Part shown: positions 52,381 to 64,000 of the stretch, piece after piece
Layout: each line of letters opens with the position of its first letter
Position numbering within the stretch: position 1 is the first letter of the stretch
Assembly (NCBI RefSeq): GCF_006345805.1
Contig: NC_043019.1
Location: 17,545,360 to 17,609,359 of the forward strand
Direction: 5' to 3'
Length of the DNA stretch: 64,000 nt
From: Octopus sinensis
Taxonomy: Eukaryota
Translations under genes and position numbers: made by a program
The notes under the pieces: generated by a model
Seen by the model: the letters and a program-made list of their open reading frames with translations, nothing else
What the model was told of the DNA's origin: nothing
The model's database searches: none

Positions 52381-53116
52381 TTAACCCTTTAGCATTTAAA
52401 CTGGCCATATCTGGCCCATAAACTGTTTAATGATCCAACTGGCCAGATCTGGCATCTCACACCTACCCTACAATATCATTCTAAAAATAAGCAATTACAT
52501 CATTGAAATCTCAAAGCTACAAGATAAGGTATAATTACCGTAAATCCTCGAGTATAATCCGCATTTTCCCCCCAAAATTTAAAGGTCAGGATCCCTAGTG
52601 CATACTATATAAGAGGTTAAAAATGAAAATTACTTTCTAAGCAATGTCCAAGTCTCTATTTGTTGTCCGGCAATGTTTATTCCGACACATTTTGTGATGT
52701 CAGAGGCGAAAATACCTTAAGTTAAGCCTGAAAGCAATGAAGTCATAAAAGAATCATCCATAACTTGCAGTAAGCAACATTTATTAAACGTTATTACTGT
52801 TATTTCTTTATTTTCTGCAAACAAAATGCCCCCAAAATCTACACGTTTACATTATGTTATATATACAATAATAATAAAGGACGTTACTGTATACATTTTT
52901 ACAAACCAAGGACGTTATATAGTCCTCCTTGACTCAAGTTAGAGAAGGAGTGCGTATTATACACAAGGTTTAGGTTTTCTAGTGACACAGCCCCCTAAAA
53001 ATCCCCTGCATATTATACTCAAGGGCAGACTATACTCAAGGATTTATGGTAATTCAAAATAACGTCAATAAATAAGCATTACACTTAACGAAGTAATCTG
53101 AATGCTAAAAGGTTAA
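52381..53116. mobile_element. Family E piggyBac-like MITE carrying a nested pogo-type MITE
   Basis: TTAACCCTTTAGCATT at 52381 and AATGCTAAAAGGTTAA ending at 53116. Confidence 0.85.
52538..53049. mobile_element. Tc1/pogo-type MITE with TA target duplication
   Basis: TA-CCGTAAATCCTCGAGTATA ... TATACTCAAGGATTTATGG-TA; removing it restores the host motif gat..taattcaaaa. Confidence 0.85.
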
Positions 53117-53184
53117 GACTGCATAATTGTAATAATAGACACTTTTCTCTTAGATGATCGTTTATATAAGCAGTTATGTACTCT

Positions 53185-53592
53185 CTCTTTTACTCTTTTC
53201 AGTCATTTGACTGCGGCCATGCTGGAGCACCGTCTTTAGTCGAGCAAATCGACCCTGGGACTTATTCTTTGTAAGCCCAGTACTTATTCTATCGGTATCT
53301 TTTGCCGAACCGCTGAGTGACGGGGACGTAAACACACCAGCGTTGGTTGTCAAGCAATGCTAGGGGGACAAACACAGACACACAAACATATACACACACT
53401 TATATATATATATATATATACATATATACGACAGGCTTCTTTCAGTTTCCGTCTACCAAATCCACTCACAAGGCATTGGTCGGCCCGGGGCTATAGCAGA
53501 AGACACTTGCCCAAGATGCCACACAGTGGGACTGAACCTGGAACCATGTGGTTGGTTAGCAAGCTACTTACCACACAGGCACTCCTGCGCCT
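53185..53592 (-). mobile_element. SINE family A, young copy
   Basis: Reverse-complement consensus match. Confidence 0.9.
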
Positions 53593-53744
53593 TGTAGTTT
53601 CTTTTTATAATATTACACCCTCCAGCAGATTTAGAGAAGAAAAAAACAAGAAAAAAAAAAGACAATAATATCAAACATTTTAAGCAAGTCCTTTAAGCAA
53701 TAGGCTTCTTTGTTCTAGTTTGTCTCAGATTGAGGCCTTATAAT

Positions 53745-54345
53745 GTTGGATGTCAGATTTTTTGAAAAATATAATTCTTACAGAAAAGGTTTAATAAAAA
53801 AAAAACAACTTATTTACCTCAGTTTTAATATCTTCTTTGAAGTTGTCATCTTGTGCAGCAATACGCTGGTCCCAGTGTTCCTGCTACTTTTGGAATCCGG
53901 AAGCTGTTTTTGTAAGCAAGTTGAGGACCCTCTGCAATTTGCTCTTGATCTTGACAACAGTGTTAAAATGGTGACCTTTGAACTGCATTTTCATGTTGGG
54001 GAAGAGATGGAAGTTTGCATGTGTTAAATCTGGCAAACAGGGTGGGTGCGGAGGTGATACCATGTTGTTTTTGGTGAATGACTCACAAGTGAGGAGATCT
54101 CGACAACAAGGTACATTGTTGTCAGGAAGAATCCAATTCTTCGTGCTTCACAGATCTGGTTGCTTTTGTCAGATGCCATCCTTCAAATGCTTCAAAACAT
54201 TGTTGATTCTCCTCCTCCGATCCTCATGCACAAGCTGAGGAATTTTCTCTACATTTGCAGGGGGATGCTTGTGGCAGGTCTTCCAGGGAGGTTCTTTCAT
54301 TTTTGAAGCACCCTGGCCACTCGAAACATTGCGTGTGACCCATTA
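53745..54345 (-). mobile_element. Mariner transposase C-terminal remnant (different subfamily from 7468-8718)
   Basis: Minus strand PDLTHANFHLFPNMKMQFKGHHF...HWDQRIAAQDDNFKE, similar to the mariner PDLAPCDFFLFP...RWDRCIAAQGDYFEG. Confidence 0.7.
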
Positions 54346-54853
54346 CCTCACGGACGGACGGACAGAGATAGATAGATATATAAAAAACAAAGCAGGAAGT
54401 TGGACAAATTTTTTTGGTTTTATTTATTTACCATTCCTTATGTTTCATTTGCTAATAGCAATCACCAAGTTGTGCACATTGAAAAAACATGCCAGAAATT
54501 TCCTATTAGAAATTCTTTAGACGGAGAATTAAGTAATACTATAGTATTATAGTTCCATATTATAAGTATTTTGAGGTATTTCTAATAGGAAATTTCTTAC
54601 ATATTTTTCCAACATGTACAAATTTGTGATTCTCTTTTAGCAAACAAAACATGTAGAATGGTGAATAGGTAATATCACCCCCCCCCCAAATTTCCAACTT
54701 CTTGTTTTATTACATAATTTCCAGAATTTTCAAACCTAATATGTATCTCACATCAGTACAACAGTGACAGCAAATACATGCTTGAAGAGGTTACAGCTTG
54801 GATTTTACCCTATCAACATAAAATGTGTATGTGTGTAAATGTATAAATATATA

Positions 54854-55244
54854 CTCTTTTACTCTTTTACTTGTTTCAGTCATTTGACTGCGGCCATGCT
54901 GGAGCGCCGCTTTTAATCGAGCAACTCAACCCCGGGACTTATTCTTTGTAAGCCCAGTACTTATTCTATCGGTCTCTTTTGCCGAACCGCCAAGTAACGG
55001 GGACATAAACACACCAGCATCGGTTGTCAAGCAATGCTAGGGGGACAAATACAGACACACGCGTATATATATACATATATACGACAGGCTTCTTTCAGTT
55101 TCCGTCTACCAAATCCACTCACAAGGCTTTGGTCGGCCCGAGGCTATAGTAGAAGACACTTGCCCAAGGTGCCACGCAGTGGGACTGAATCCAGAACCAT
55201 GTGGTTGGTAAGCAAGCTACTTACCACACTGCCACTCCTGCGCC

Positions 55245-55245
<1 letters not shown>
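54854..55245 (-). mobile_element. SINE family A, young copy; an older A copy follows at about 55305-55710
   Basis: Reverse-complement consensus match. Confidence 0.9.
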
Positions 55246-55282
<37 letters not shown>

Positions 55283-56007
55283 GAAAAATAAATATATATG
55301 ATGCTCCACTTGTTTCAGTCAGACTGTGGCCATGCTGGGGCATTGCCTTGAAGAATTTTAGCCACATGATTTGACCCCAGTATTATTTTTTTTTTTAATC
55401 CTGGTACTTATTCTATTGGTCGCTTTTGTTGAACCACTAAGTTATGGGGACATAGACACATCAACAGCAGTTGTCAAGTGGTTGTGGTTGGCAGGGCAGG
55501 GGGAACATTGACACACACACACACACACACACAAATGTATATACAATAGGCTTCTTACAGTTTCCATCTAAAAAAAAAATCCACTCGCAAGGCTTTGGTT
55601 GGCCAGAGGTTATTGTAAAGAAACTTGCCCAAGGTGTCACCTAGTGAGACAGAATCCAGAACCTTGTGGTTGGGAAGTAAACTTCTTACCACACAGCCAC
55701 ACCTGCACCTGTGTGTGTGTGTGTGTGTGTGTATTATTTAGTAACAGTTTGACTCAGCTCTATGTAACTTAGTTTCCTCGGGTTGTAGAGATTGAATAAG
55801 GCATGTCCAGAATGGCTTGTACATGTTGGGCCACTATTGGTTAATGCAGGCCATATGCTGTTGTCTAATATATTAGCGGCATCAAATCTTTATTCCTAGG
55901 ACCACATGCTAGGACAGGATATTGGTGAACAGCCCATGACTCTCTGTCTGGGAAGTAGGGTATGATCTATTAGTGATAGCAGTTTGCTGATCAGTGTGTG
56001 TGTGTGT

Positions 56008-56396
56008 GTGGAGGCGCAATGGCCCAGTGGTTAGGGCAGCGGACTTGCAGTTGTGGGGTCGTGGTTTCAATTCCCAGACCGTGCGTTGTGAGTGTTTATT
56101 GAGTGAAAACTCCTAAAGCTCCACGAGGCTCTGGCAGGGGTTGGTAGCGAACCCTGCTGCACTCTTTCATCACAGCTTTCTCTCCCACTTTCTTCCTGTT
56201 TCTGTCGTACCTGTATTTCAAAGGGGCCGGCCTTGTCACACTCTGTGTCACACTGAATCTCCCTGAGAACTACGTTAAGGGTACACGTGTCTGTGGACTG
56301 CTCGGCCGCTGTTACGTTAATTTCGCGAGCAGGCTGTTCCGTTGATCGGATCAACTGGAACCCTCGTCGTCGTAATCGACGGAGTGCCACGACGAC
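56008..56396 (+). mobile_element. SINE family B inserted in a (GT)n tract
   Basis: Homologous to 20733-21099; (GT)n on both sides. Confidence 0.9.
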
Positions 56397-56422
56397 GTGT
56401 GTGTGTGTTAGTGTACATGATA

Positions 56423-56717
56423 CAGTAATCCCTCACCATATCGCGGTTCACCTATCGCAGTTTATTATTTAAGCTCATGTCGATTCCTCTGTGGTGTTGT
56501 TTTGCATCTATAATAAAATAAATATATACAAATTATAAAAATATACAGTACAGGTGCAGGAGTGGCTGTGTGGTAAGTAGCTTGCTAACCAACCACATGG
56601 TTCCGGGTTCAGTCCCACTGTGTGGCATCTTGGGCAAGTGTCTTCTGCTATAGCCCCGGGCCGACCAATGCCTTGTGAGTGGATTTGGTAGACGGAAACT
56701 GAAAGAAGCCTGTCGTA

Positions 56718-56780
<63 letters not shown>

Positions 56781-57079
56781 ATATGTGTGTTTGTGTGTGT
56801 GTCTGTGTTTGTCCCCCTAGCATTGCTTGACAACCGATGCTGGTGTGTTTACGTCCCCGTTACTTAGTGGTTCGGCAAAAGAGACCGATAGAATAAGTAC
56901 TGGGCTTACAAAGAATAAGTCCCGGGGTCGATTTGCTCGACTAAAGGTGGTGCTCCAGCATGGCCGCAGTCAAATGACTGAAACGAGTAAAAGAGTACAG
57001 TATTGTTTCTACTTTGCAGAGCTTCACCTATCGCAGGGGTTTTTGGAACTTAACACCCGTGATAGTCGAGGAATTACTG
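56423..57079. mobile_element. Tigger/pogo-like MITE interrupted by SINE A
   Basis: TA-CAGTAATCCCTC.CCATATCGCGG ... CCCGTGATAGTCGAGGAATTACTG-TA termini. Confidence 0.75.
56552..56995 (+). mobile_element. SINE family A, young copy with expanded internal (TA)n
   Basis: Consensus match; tacagta on both flanks (probable TSD). Confidence 0.9.
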
Positions 57080-57333
57080 TATATGAGTGTGTGTATCTGG
57101 TGCATGTCTATATGTATCTGATGTACACATACACACAGCAGTTATACACACGTAAACCAGATACACATACATGTACATACCAGGTACACATACACCATAT
57201 ACATGCACACGTCACCATACACACATATACACATCCCTGATACACTCACATACACATGCCAGAACTGGTTACCCCCTAAAATAGGCTGTTGCAACTGTGT
57301 GGCTTTGAACCCAATACACAAGCACTGTAGGAC

Positions 57334-57363
<30 letters not shown>

Positions 57364-57366
<3 letters not shown>

Positions 57367-59614
57367 AGATACACACACATACACACTCAACGGATATGCA
57401 CATGTGCACACACACACACACACCAGATACACACACATACACACTCAACGGATATGCACATGTGCACACACACACACACACCAGATACACACACATACAC
57501 ACTCAACGGATATGCACATGTGCACACACACACACACACCAGATACACACACATACGCACTCAACGGATATGCACATGTGCACACACACACACACACCAG
57601 ATACACACACATACACACTCAACGGATATGCACATGTGCACACACACACACACACCAGATTCACACACATACACACTCAACGGATATGCACATGTGCACA
57701 CACACACACACACCAGATACACACACATACACACTCAACGGATATGTACATGTGCACACACACACACACACCAGATACACACACATACACACTCAACAGA
57801 TATGCACATGTGCACACACACACACACACACACCAGATACACACACATACACACTCACGGATATGCACATGTGCACACACCACACACACACCAGATACAC
57901 ACACATACACACTCAACGGATATGCACATGTGTACACATACACACACACACACACCAGATACACACACACACACACACCAGATACACACATACACACTCA
58001 ACGGATATGCACATGTGCACACACACACACACCAGATACACACACTCAACGGATATGCACATGTACACACACACACACACACACACACCAGATACACACA
58101 TACACACTCAACGGATATGCACATGTGCACACACACACACACCAGATACACACACATACACACTCAACGGATATGCACATGTGCACACACACACACACAC
58201 ACACACCAGATACACACACATACACACTCAACGGATATGCACATGTGCACACACACACACACACCAGATACACACACATACACACTCAACGGATATGCAC
58301 ATGTGCACACACACACACACACCAGATACACACACATACACACTCAACGGATATGCACATGTGCACACACACACACCAGATACACACACATACACACTCA
58401 ACGGATATGCACATGTGCACACACACACACACACCAGATTCACACATACACACTCAACGGATATGCACATGTGCACACATACACACACACACACACCAGA
58501 TACACACACACACACACCAGATACACACACATACACACTCAACGGATATGCACATGTGCACACACACACACACCAGATACACACACATACACACTCAACG
58601 GATATGCACATGTGCACACACACACACACCACCGATACACACACATACACACTCAACGGATATGCACATGTGCACACACACACACACACACCAGATTCAC
58701 ACACATACACACTCAACGGATATGCACATGTGCACACACACACACACACCAGATTCACAGACATACACACTCAATGGATATGCACATGTGCACACACACA
58801 CACACCCAGATACCACACATACACACTCAACGGATATGCACATGTGCACACACGCACACCAGATACACACACATACACACTCAACGGATATGCACATGTG
58901 CACACACACACACACCAGATACACACACATACACACTCAACGGATATGCACATGTGCACACACACACACACACACCAGATACACACACATACACACTCAA
59001 CGGATATGCACATGTGCACACACACACACACCAGATTCACACACATACACACTCAACGGATATGCACATGTGCACACACACACACACACCAGATTCACAC
59101 ACATACACACTCAACGGATATGCACATGTGCACACACACACACACACCAGATACACACACATACACACTCAACGGATATGCACATGTGCACACACACACA
59201 CACCAGATACACACACATACACACTCAACGGATATGCACATGTGCACACACACACACACACCAGATACACACACATACACACTCAACGGATATGCACATG
59301 TGCACACACACACACACACACCAGATACACACACATACACACTCAACGGATATGCACATGTGCACACACACACACACACCAGATACACACACATACACAC
59401 TCAACGGATATGCACATGTGCACACACACACACACACCAGATTCACACACATACACACTCAACGGATATGCACATGTGCACACACACACACACACCAGAT
59501 ACCACACCATACACACTCAACGGATATGCACATGTGCACACACACACACACACCAAGATACACACACATACACACTCAACGGATATGCACATGTGCACAC
59601 ACACACACACACAC
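57364..59614 (+). repeat. CA-rich minisatellite, unit about 58 bp (CCAGATACACACACATACACACTCAACGGATATGCACATGTGCA(CA)n), roughly 38-40 copies
   Basis: Seen directly. Unit length varies with (CA)n; each unit contains the palindrome TGCACATGTGCA. Confidence 0.97.
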
Positions 59615-60097
59615 CAATTAACTGATGTAATAGATCTCAGCCTGCTTCCCAAACAGAGAATCCCCCAGCTCCTCGATAATATCCAGTCCCCTCATTTGGC
59701 CCTAGGAATAAAGGCTTAAACTGATGTCAACCTTTAGCTCACTTGGTTGCATTATGTCAGCTGCAGCTGCAGGCGCATTGCGTTGCATTGAGAGGGGAGA
59801 AATCTCGTGGGTGGGTGGGGGGATATGGTGCCCCTCTCGTGTGCTAAAGGTTAGCAGCATCATGTGACCTGAATTGACCAATAGCGACCTAGCATCTAGA
59901 AGCCATCTTTGACTTTTCTCCTTTGGTCTCCACAAGCCTGTCAGGATAGCTTCGTTGGATGAACCTGTGAAACTTTAAGCGGCTGCATTTAGCTGCACTC
60001 AACTGTTGGCAGATAATATATGCAACACCCACCAAATGTGTTGAGCACCACTTGTATATATATGTATATATATATATATATATACATACATACACGT

Positions 60098-60483
60098 AGG
60101 CGTAGGAGTGGCTGTGTGGTAAGTAGCTTGCTTACCAGCCACATGGTTCCGGGTTCAATCCCACTGCGTGGCACCTTGGGCAAGTGTCTTCTACTATAGC
60201 CTCGGGCCGACCAAAGCCTAGTGAGTGGATTTGGTAGACGAAAACTGAAAGAAGCCTGTCGTATATATGTGTATATGTGTGAGTATATGTTTGTGTGTCT
60301 GTGTTTGTTCCATCCAACATCACTTGATGTTTACATCCCCGTAACTTAGTGGTTCGTCAAAGAGACCGATAGAATAAGTACTAGGTTTACGAAGAATAAG
60401 TCCTGGGGTCGATTTGCTCGACTAAAGGTGGTGCTCCAGCATGGTCACAGTCAAATGACTGAAACAAGTAAAAGAGTAAAAAG
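60098..60483 (+). mobile_element. SINE family A
   Basis: Consensus match. Confidence 0.88.
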
Positions 60484-60821
60484 TATGTATGTGTGTAAGT
60501 GTGTGTTTGTATATGTATATCCTCATCATCATTTGATATCTGCTTTCCATGCTGGCCTGGGTTGGACAGTTTGACATGAGCTGGCCAGGCAAAAGTCTAC
60601 ACTGGACTTCTGTGTCTGTCTTGGCATGGTTTTTATGGCTGGAAACCCTTCCCAACAGAGTGGACTGAGTGCTTTTTATGCGGCATCAGCGAAGGCGATG
60701 CCACATAATGTATATATCTGAGAGAGAATGAGAGAGATGGACATAAAATCATTCGTGTGTGTCTTTGTGAATTCCAGAAATTAACTAAAAATTTAAAACA
60801 GATAAAACAATTTTATAGAGT

Positions 60822-60945
60822 ATCATCATCATCATCGTTTAACGTCCGTTTTCCACGCTAGCACAGGTTGGACGGTTCAACCGGGGTCTGGGAAGCCAGG
60901 GCTGCACCAGGCTCCAGTCTGATCTGGCAGTGTTTCTACAGCTGG
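60822..60945 (-). mobile_element. RTE 3'UTR fragment; a more diverged related piece lies at about 60524-60690
   Basis: catcatcatcatcgtttaacgtccgttttccacgctagc... Confidence 0.7.
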
Positions 60946-62009
60946 AGTTTCTTTAAAAAAATCTAATAATCAAATTTTACTAAGGAAAGCATAACATAGC
61001 CATACAACATGAGTTAATGAGGGATCTTCTCTGCATTTATTCAACCTGCTAAGAACTGCCTCTGAATCTCTCCAAGTAAATCCTTTCTCCCCTTAAAAAT
61101 AAGTCACATTGAACAATGAAATCATGGACATACAAAAGCATAATGGCTATCATTTGAGTACATTTTTTTTACTATAACTCTGCGTGACCACTGCTGACTT
61201 AGAATTAACTCAGTCATGGGTGGTCAATCCAACTGTATCATGATTACTGAGTGGTAGGACAAGCTTTGTATGTTTCATTTCCTGATTCCAAACTTGGATA
61301 ATTCTTTTTTTTTTGTAGTTTTTAAAAGAAATTTTCTTATCAAGTAAGACTTCAGTAAGAAATCTGATGTCCTTAAATAGATTATATATTTCTCATTTTC
61401 TTTTCTTGATTAGTTATCCATCCGTCCACTGAAAAGTAACATGTTTCTTTCCTTTTGCAGTAGCTACACCATTACTGGTATTTCATTGTCAAAATAACCA
61501 TTAACCTTTCGTTGAATGTTCCACATTAACATTTCACATTTTCACAGAACTTGTGTTTTCACACTTTGACATAACAACTGCATGTAAAGGACAGCTTCAT
61601 CCTTTATATGCTCTGAACAAATTTTTCTGCATGTAATTGCATTACTGATTGTTTCAAAATACTTTCAGCTTATTAGTATTTTCTCACTTTTTACTTTCGT
61701 ATTGATATTTTATGTTTTTTAAATTGTATAACTGCAAGTTAATATTAATTTTTTAAATTTGATGTTGTTGTTGTTGTGGGTGTCATAAGCAGGTGTTGGT
61801 GTAATGGACAACACTAATATTTCACTCCTGCTCATTTCTGTTGATTCCCAGTCAGCATTTATGGTTTTAATGCTGTTGACACCAGTCTTTAAGGCTCTGT
61901 TGGACATTGGCACATCTGGCAGAGCATGCTGCTTTCATTCCTTCCAAGCTTTGTCAGTGCAACTTTCATTCTTGCTGTCTTACTTTTTATTTGTAGATAA
62001 TATTAGTTA

Positions 62010-62395
62010 GGAGGCACAATGGCCCAGTGGTTAGGGCAGTGGACTCGCGGTCGGAAGATCGCGGTTTCGATTCCCAGACTGGGCATTGTGAGTGTTTATT
62101 GAGCGAAAACACCTAAAGCTCCACGAAGCTCTGGCAGGGGGTGGTGACGACCCCTGTTGTGCTCTTTCACCACAACTTTCTCTCGCTCTTTCTTCCTGTT
62201 TCTCTTGTACCTGTATTTCAAATGGCCAGCCTTGTCACACTCTGTGTCACGCTGAATCTCCTCGAGAACTGCGTTAAGGGTACACGTGTCTGTGGAGTGC
62301 TCAGCCACTTGCACGTTAATATCACGAGCAAGCTGTTCTGTTGATCGTATCAGCTGGGACCCTCATTGTCACAACCAACAGAGTGCTCCTATTAT
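62010..62395 (+). mobile_element. SINE family B with 13-bp TSD
   Basis: TSD ataatattagtta at 61997-62009 and 62396-62408. Confidence 0.9.
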
Positions 62396-62409
62396 ATAAT
62401 ATTAGTTAA

Positions 62410-64000
62410 CAAAGAAGTAGTAGTGTTTTTTTTAGAATCAGTTGTAATCCTTTAAGTATAAATTCTTCTGGGAATCTTACTTGAATTCTCTGTGGCTATT
62501 TGTCCATCCAAAATTCTATTGCTTCTATTCCTAATTTGTGGAAGAATATTTGTGTTGAGACTAGTTATGTCAAAACTAATCAGGATTGTCCCTTTATCTA
62601 TTCTTTCTGGAACATGGTTTAGGAAATTCATGTCATCTTTGATAAAACTAGAGATCAATTTGCACAATGGTTTCAAAATTATGCTCAGTAAATTTTTTAA
62701 TTGTTGGGTATTAGGTGTTGGCCCTTCAACAATTGGACATAATTTTAGATAAGATGGTTTGGAAATGTTCTCAAATGTGGGCCCTTTAACCTGTTATTGA
62801 CTTGTTTAGATTTCTGAATTTTTGGAAGCCCATAAAAGTTTCTTGTTTATTGTTCTTGAATTTATCCATTAATTTACCAGTTTTATTCATAACAAGCACT
62901 ATGACCCAGCGTTGCCGGGTCATAGTGCTAGTGCATGCATATACAGCTGCATGCGTGCACACATACACGTCAGTACTGTCCAAATCTCCGACCAATCACA
63001 TACAGCCAGCTGGCATTCAATTGGTGTATCAACTTTCGGGCATTTTGATTGGGTTTTGGATAGAAAATTCACAAAAAAGTCACTTCTATTGATTTTTTAA
63101 TGGCTTTGCAGAGTGACTAAATGTAAAGATATGCACGACCACTCTTGGACGATTTTGAATGACCATAGAAAGTGCAAGCCCTCTAACTGAAAAATTGTGG
63201 ATTTGTATAAAGGACACACACACAGACATTTTGCCGTTTATATATAGAGAGATTTGTTTATCTCCATTGGTTTCTAATTTTTTGTAGAAATGTCAGACAT
63301 TTAGTTGTTTTTGTCCATGATTACAGTAGCTCCTCCTGTGTCAGCATCTTTAATAACTTTTGAGGAATCTTTCTATAGACATTCCAATGCTTTTTGGTCT
63401 TCATTCTTCATTGTTTGCTTTTATAGAGTTTGTTAGAATGTTTTGAGTTTGCTGATTTTTTCAGACACGTTATGTATTCCTCCAAGAGTTCATTGGAGGC
63501 TTAAATCCCATTTTCTTTTTCACAAATGATGGATTGCCATCATGTTTACTTTTGGAAGAATTCCCATAGGTGAAGTTTTCTGGAAAATTTCTCTGTATCT
63601 TTTACGAAATCTTTTCTGTCTGGTTTTGGCAGTAGTGTAAATTTAAGTCCATAAACCAGAAGTTTTATTTCATTTTCCATGAGGTTTCATTGGGTTAGGG
63701 TTATTACATTTGGATCAGTTGGTTCAGTATTTCTTTGACCCTTTGTATCATTAGGTTTTCCTTTCATTTCTGCTTGGAGCTCCAGTTCCTAAAGAGGGCT
63801 TCTTATTCTGTCTTTCCATTATTCTATTTTGTTGGAAGGAAGATTTGCAGATATTATGTCACCTGCCTTGGTATGTTGGTATGTTTTCAATAAGTTTCTG
63901 TTGCTTTAATGGTCTATTTTCGTCTGTTCTTCCATTGTTTTGGCTATGTTGGATTCTTCCTGGTATGTTTTCTTTGGTTTGGCAGTCTATTTTGGTCTCT
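62410..64000 (-). mobile_element. Penelope-like retroelement remnant (RT), interrupted by a Helitron-like insert
   Basis: ORF 62452-62676(-) KPLCKLISSFIKDDMNFLNH...ILISFDITSLNTNILP matches the PLE RT motif 'SFDVTSLYTNIP'. Confidence 0.7.
62893..63252 (-). mobile_element. Non-autonomous Helitron-like element, 360 bp
   Basis: On the minus strand: A|TC 5' end, 3' 12-bp perfect hairpin (62896-62907 / 62917-62928), terminus CTTG|T (CTAG variant), inserted between A and T with no TSD. Confidence 0.7.

Noticed and set aside
57364-59614. CRISPR-like array (palindromic repeat with regular spacing)
   Set aside because: Inter-palindrome sequences are the same in every unit rather than unique spacers, there are no cas genes, and the context is eukaryotic.
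57203-59719. 838-, 741- and 723-aa His/Thr-rich ORFs
   Set aside because: They are translations of the minisatellite in all three frames. The unit simply lacks TAA/TAG/TGA, and there is no splice or codon evidence.
2131-60483. Recurrent ORFs such as MTTDAGVF..., MLGGQTQT... and MGLNPEPCGW...
   Set aside because: Chance frames within SINE family A copies.
61461-61477. Strong acceptor ttccttttgcag followed by a possible donor
   Set aside because: 17-nt (or 14-nt) length breaks the frame, and read-through hits a stop; no TMCC similarity.

Overview
AT-rich, repeat-dense animal genomic DNA, almost certainly octopus (Octopodidae), judged from the tRNA-derived SINE families and the (TA)n/(CA)n/(ATT)n load. 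No prokaryotic features, CRISPR arrays or RNA genes are present. The window is mostly introns of one + strand gene, a TMCC/TEX28-family (transmembrane and coiled-coil domain, Drosophila dementin-like) gene. Four phase-compatible coding exons are clear: 9339-9528, 11074-11395, 19971-20196 and 21588-21632. Two candidate in-frame microexons follow (28824-28856, 33 nt; 42541-42567, 27 nt), and the start codon appears to be split by an intron (AT at 9165-9166 + G at 9339). I did not find the large exon with the second coiled coil and TM helices, so the gene probably continues past 64000. The introns hold about 14 copies of one SINE family in both orientations, other SINEs, RTE/R4/Penelope remnants, mariner fossils, piggyBac-, pogo- and hAT-type MITEs (several nested), Helitron-like elements, two long foldback elements beside (TA)n tracts, a ~583-bp tandem duplication, and a 2.25-kb CA-rich minisatellite. 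Nearly all ORFs in the supplied track are repeat artefacts. I see no clearly novel biological system. The best leads are the microexons, the split ATG, the long intronic dsRNA formers and the minisatellite. All identities and family assignments were made by eye, without database searches.
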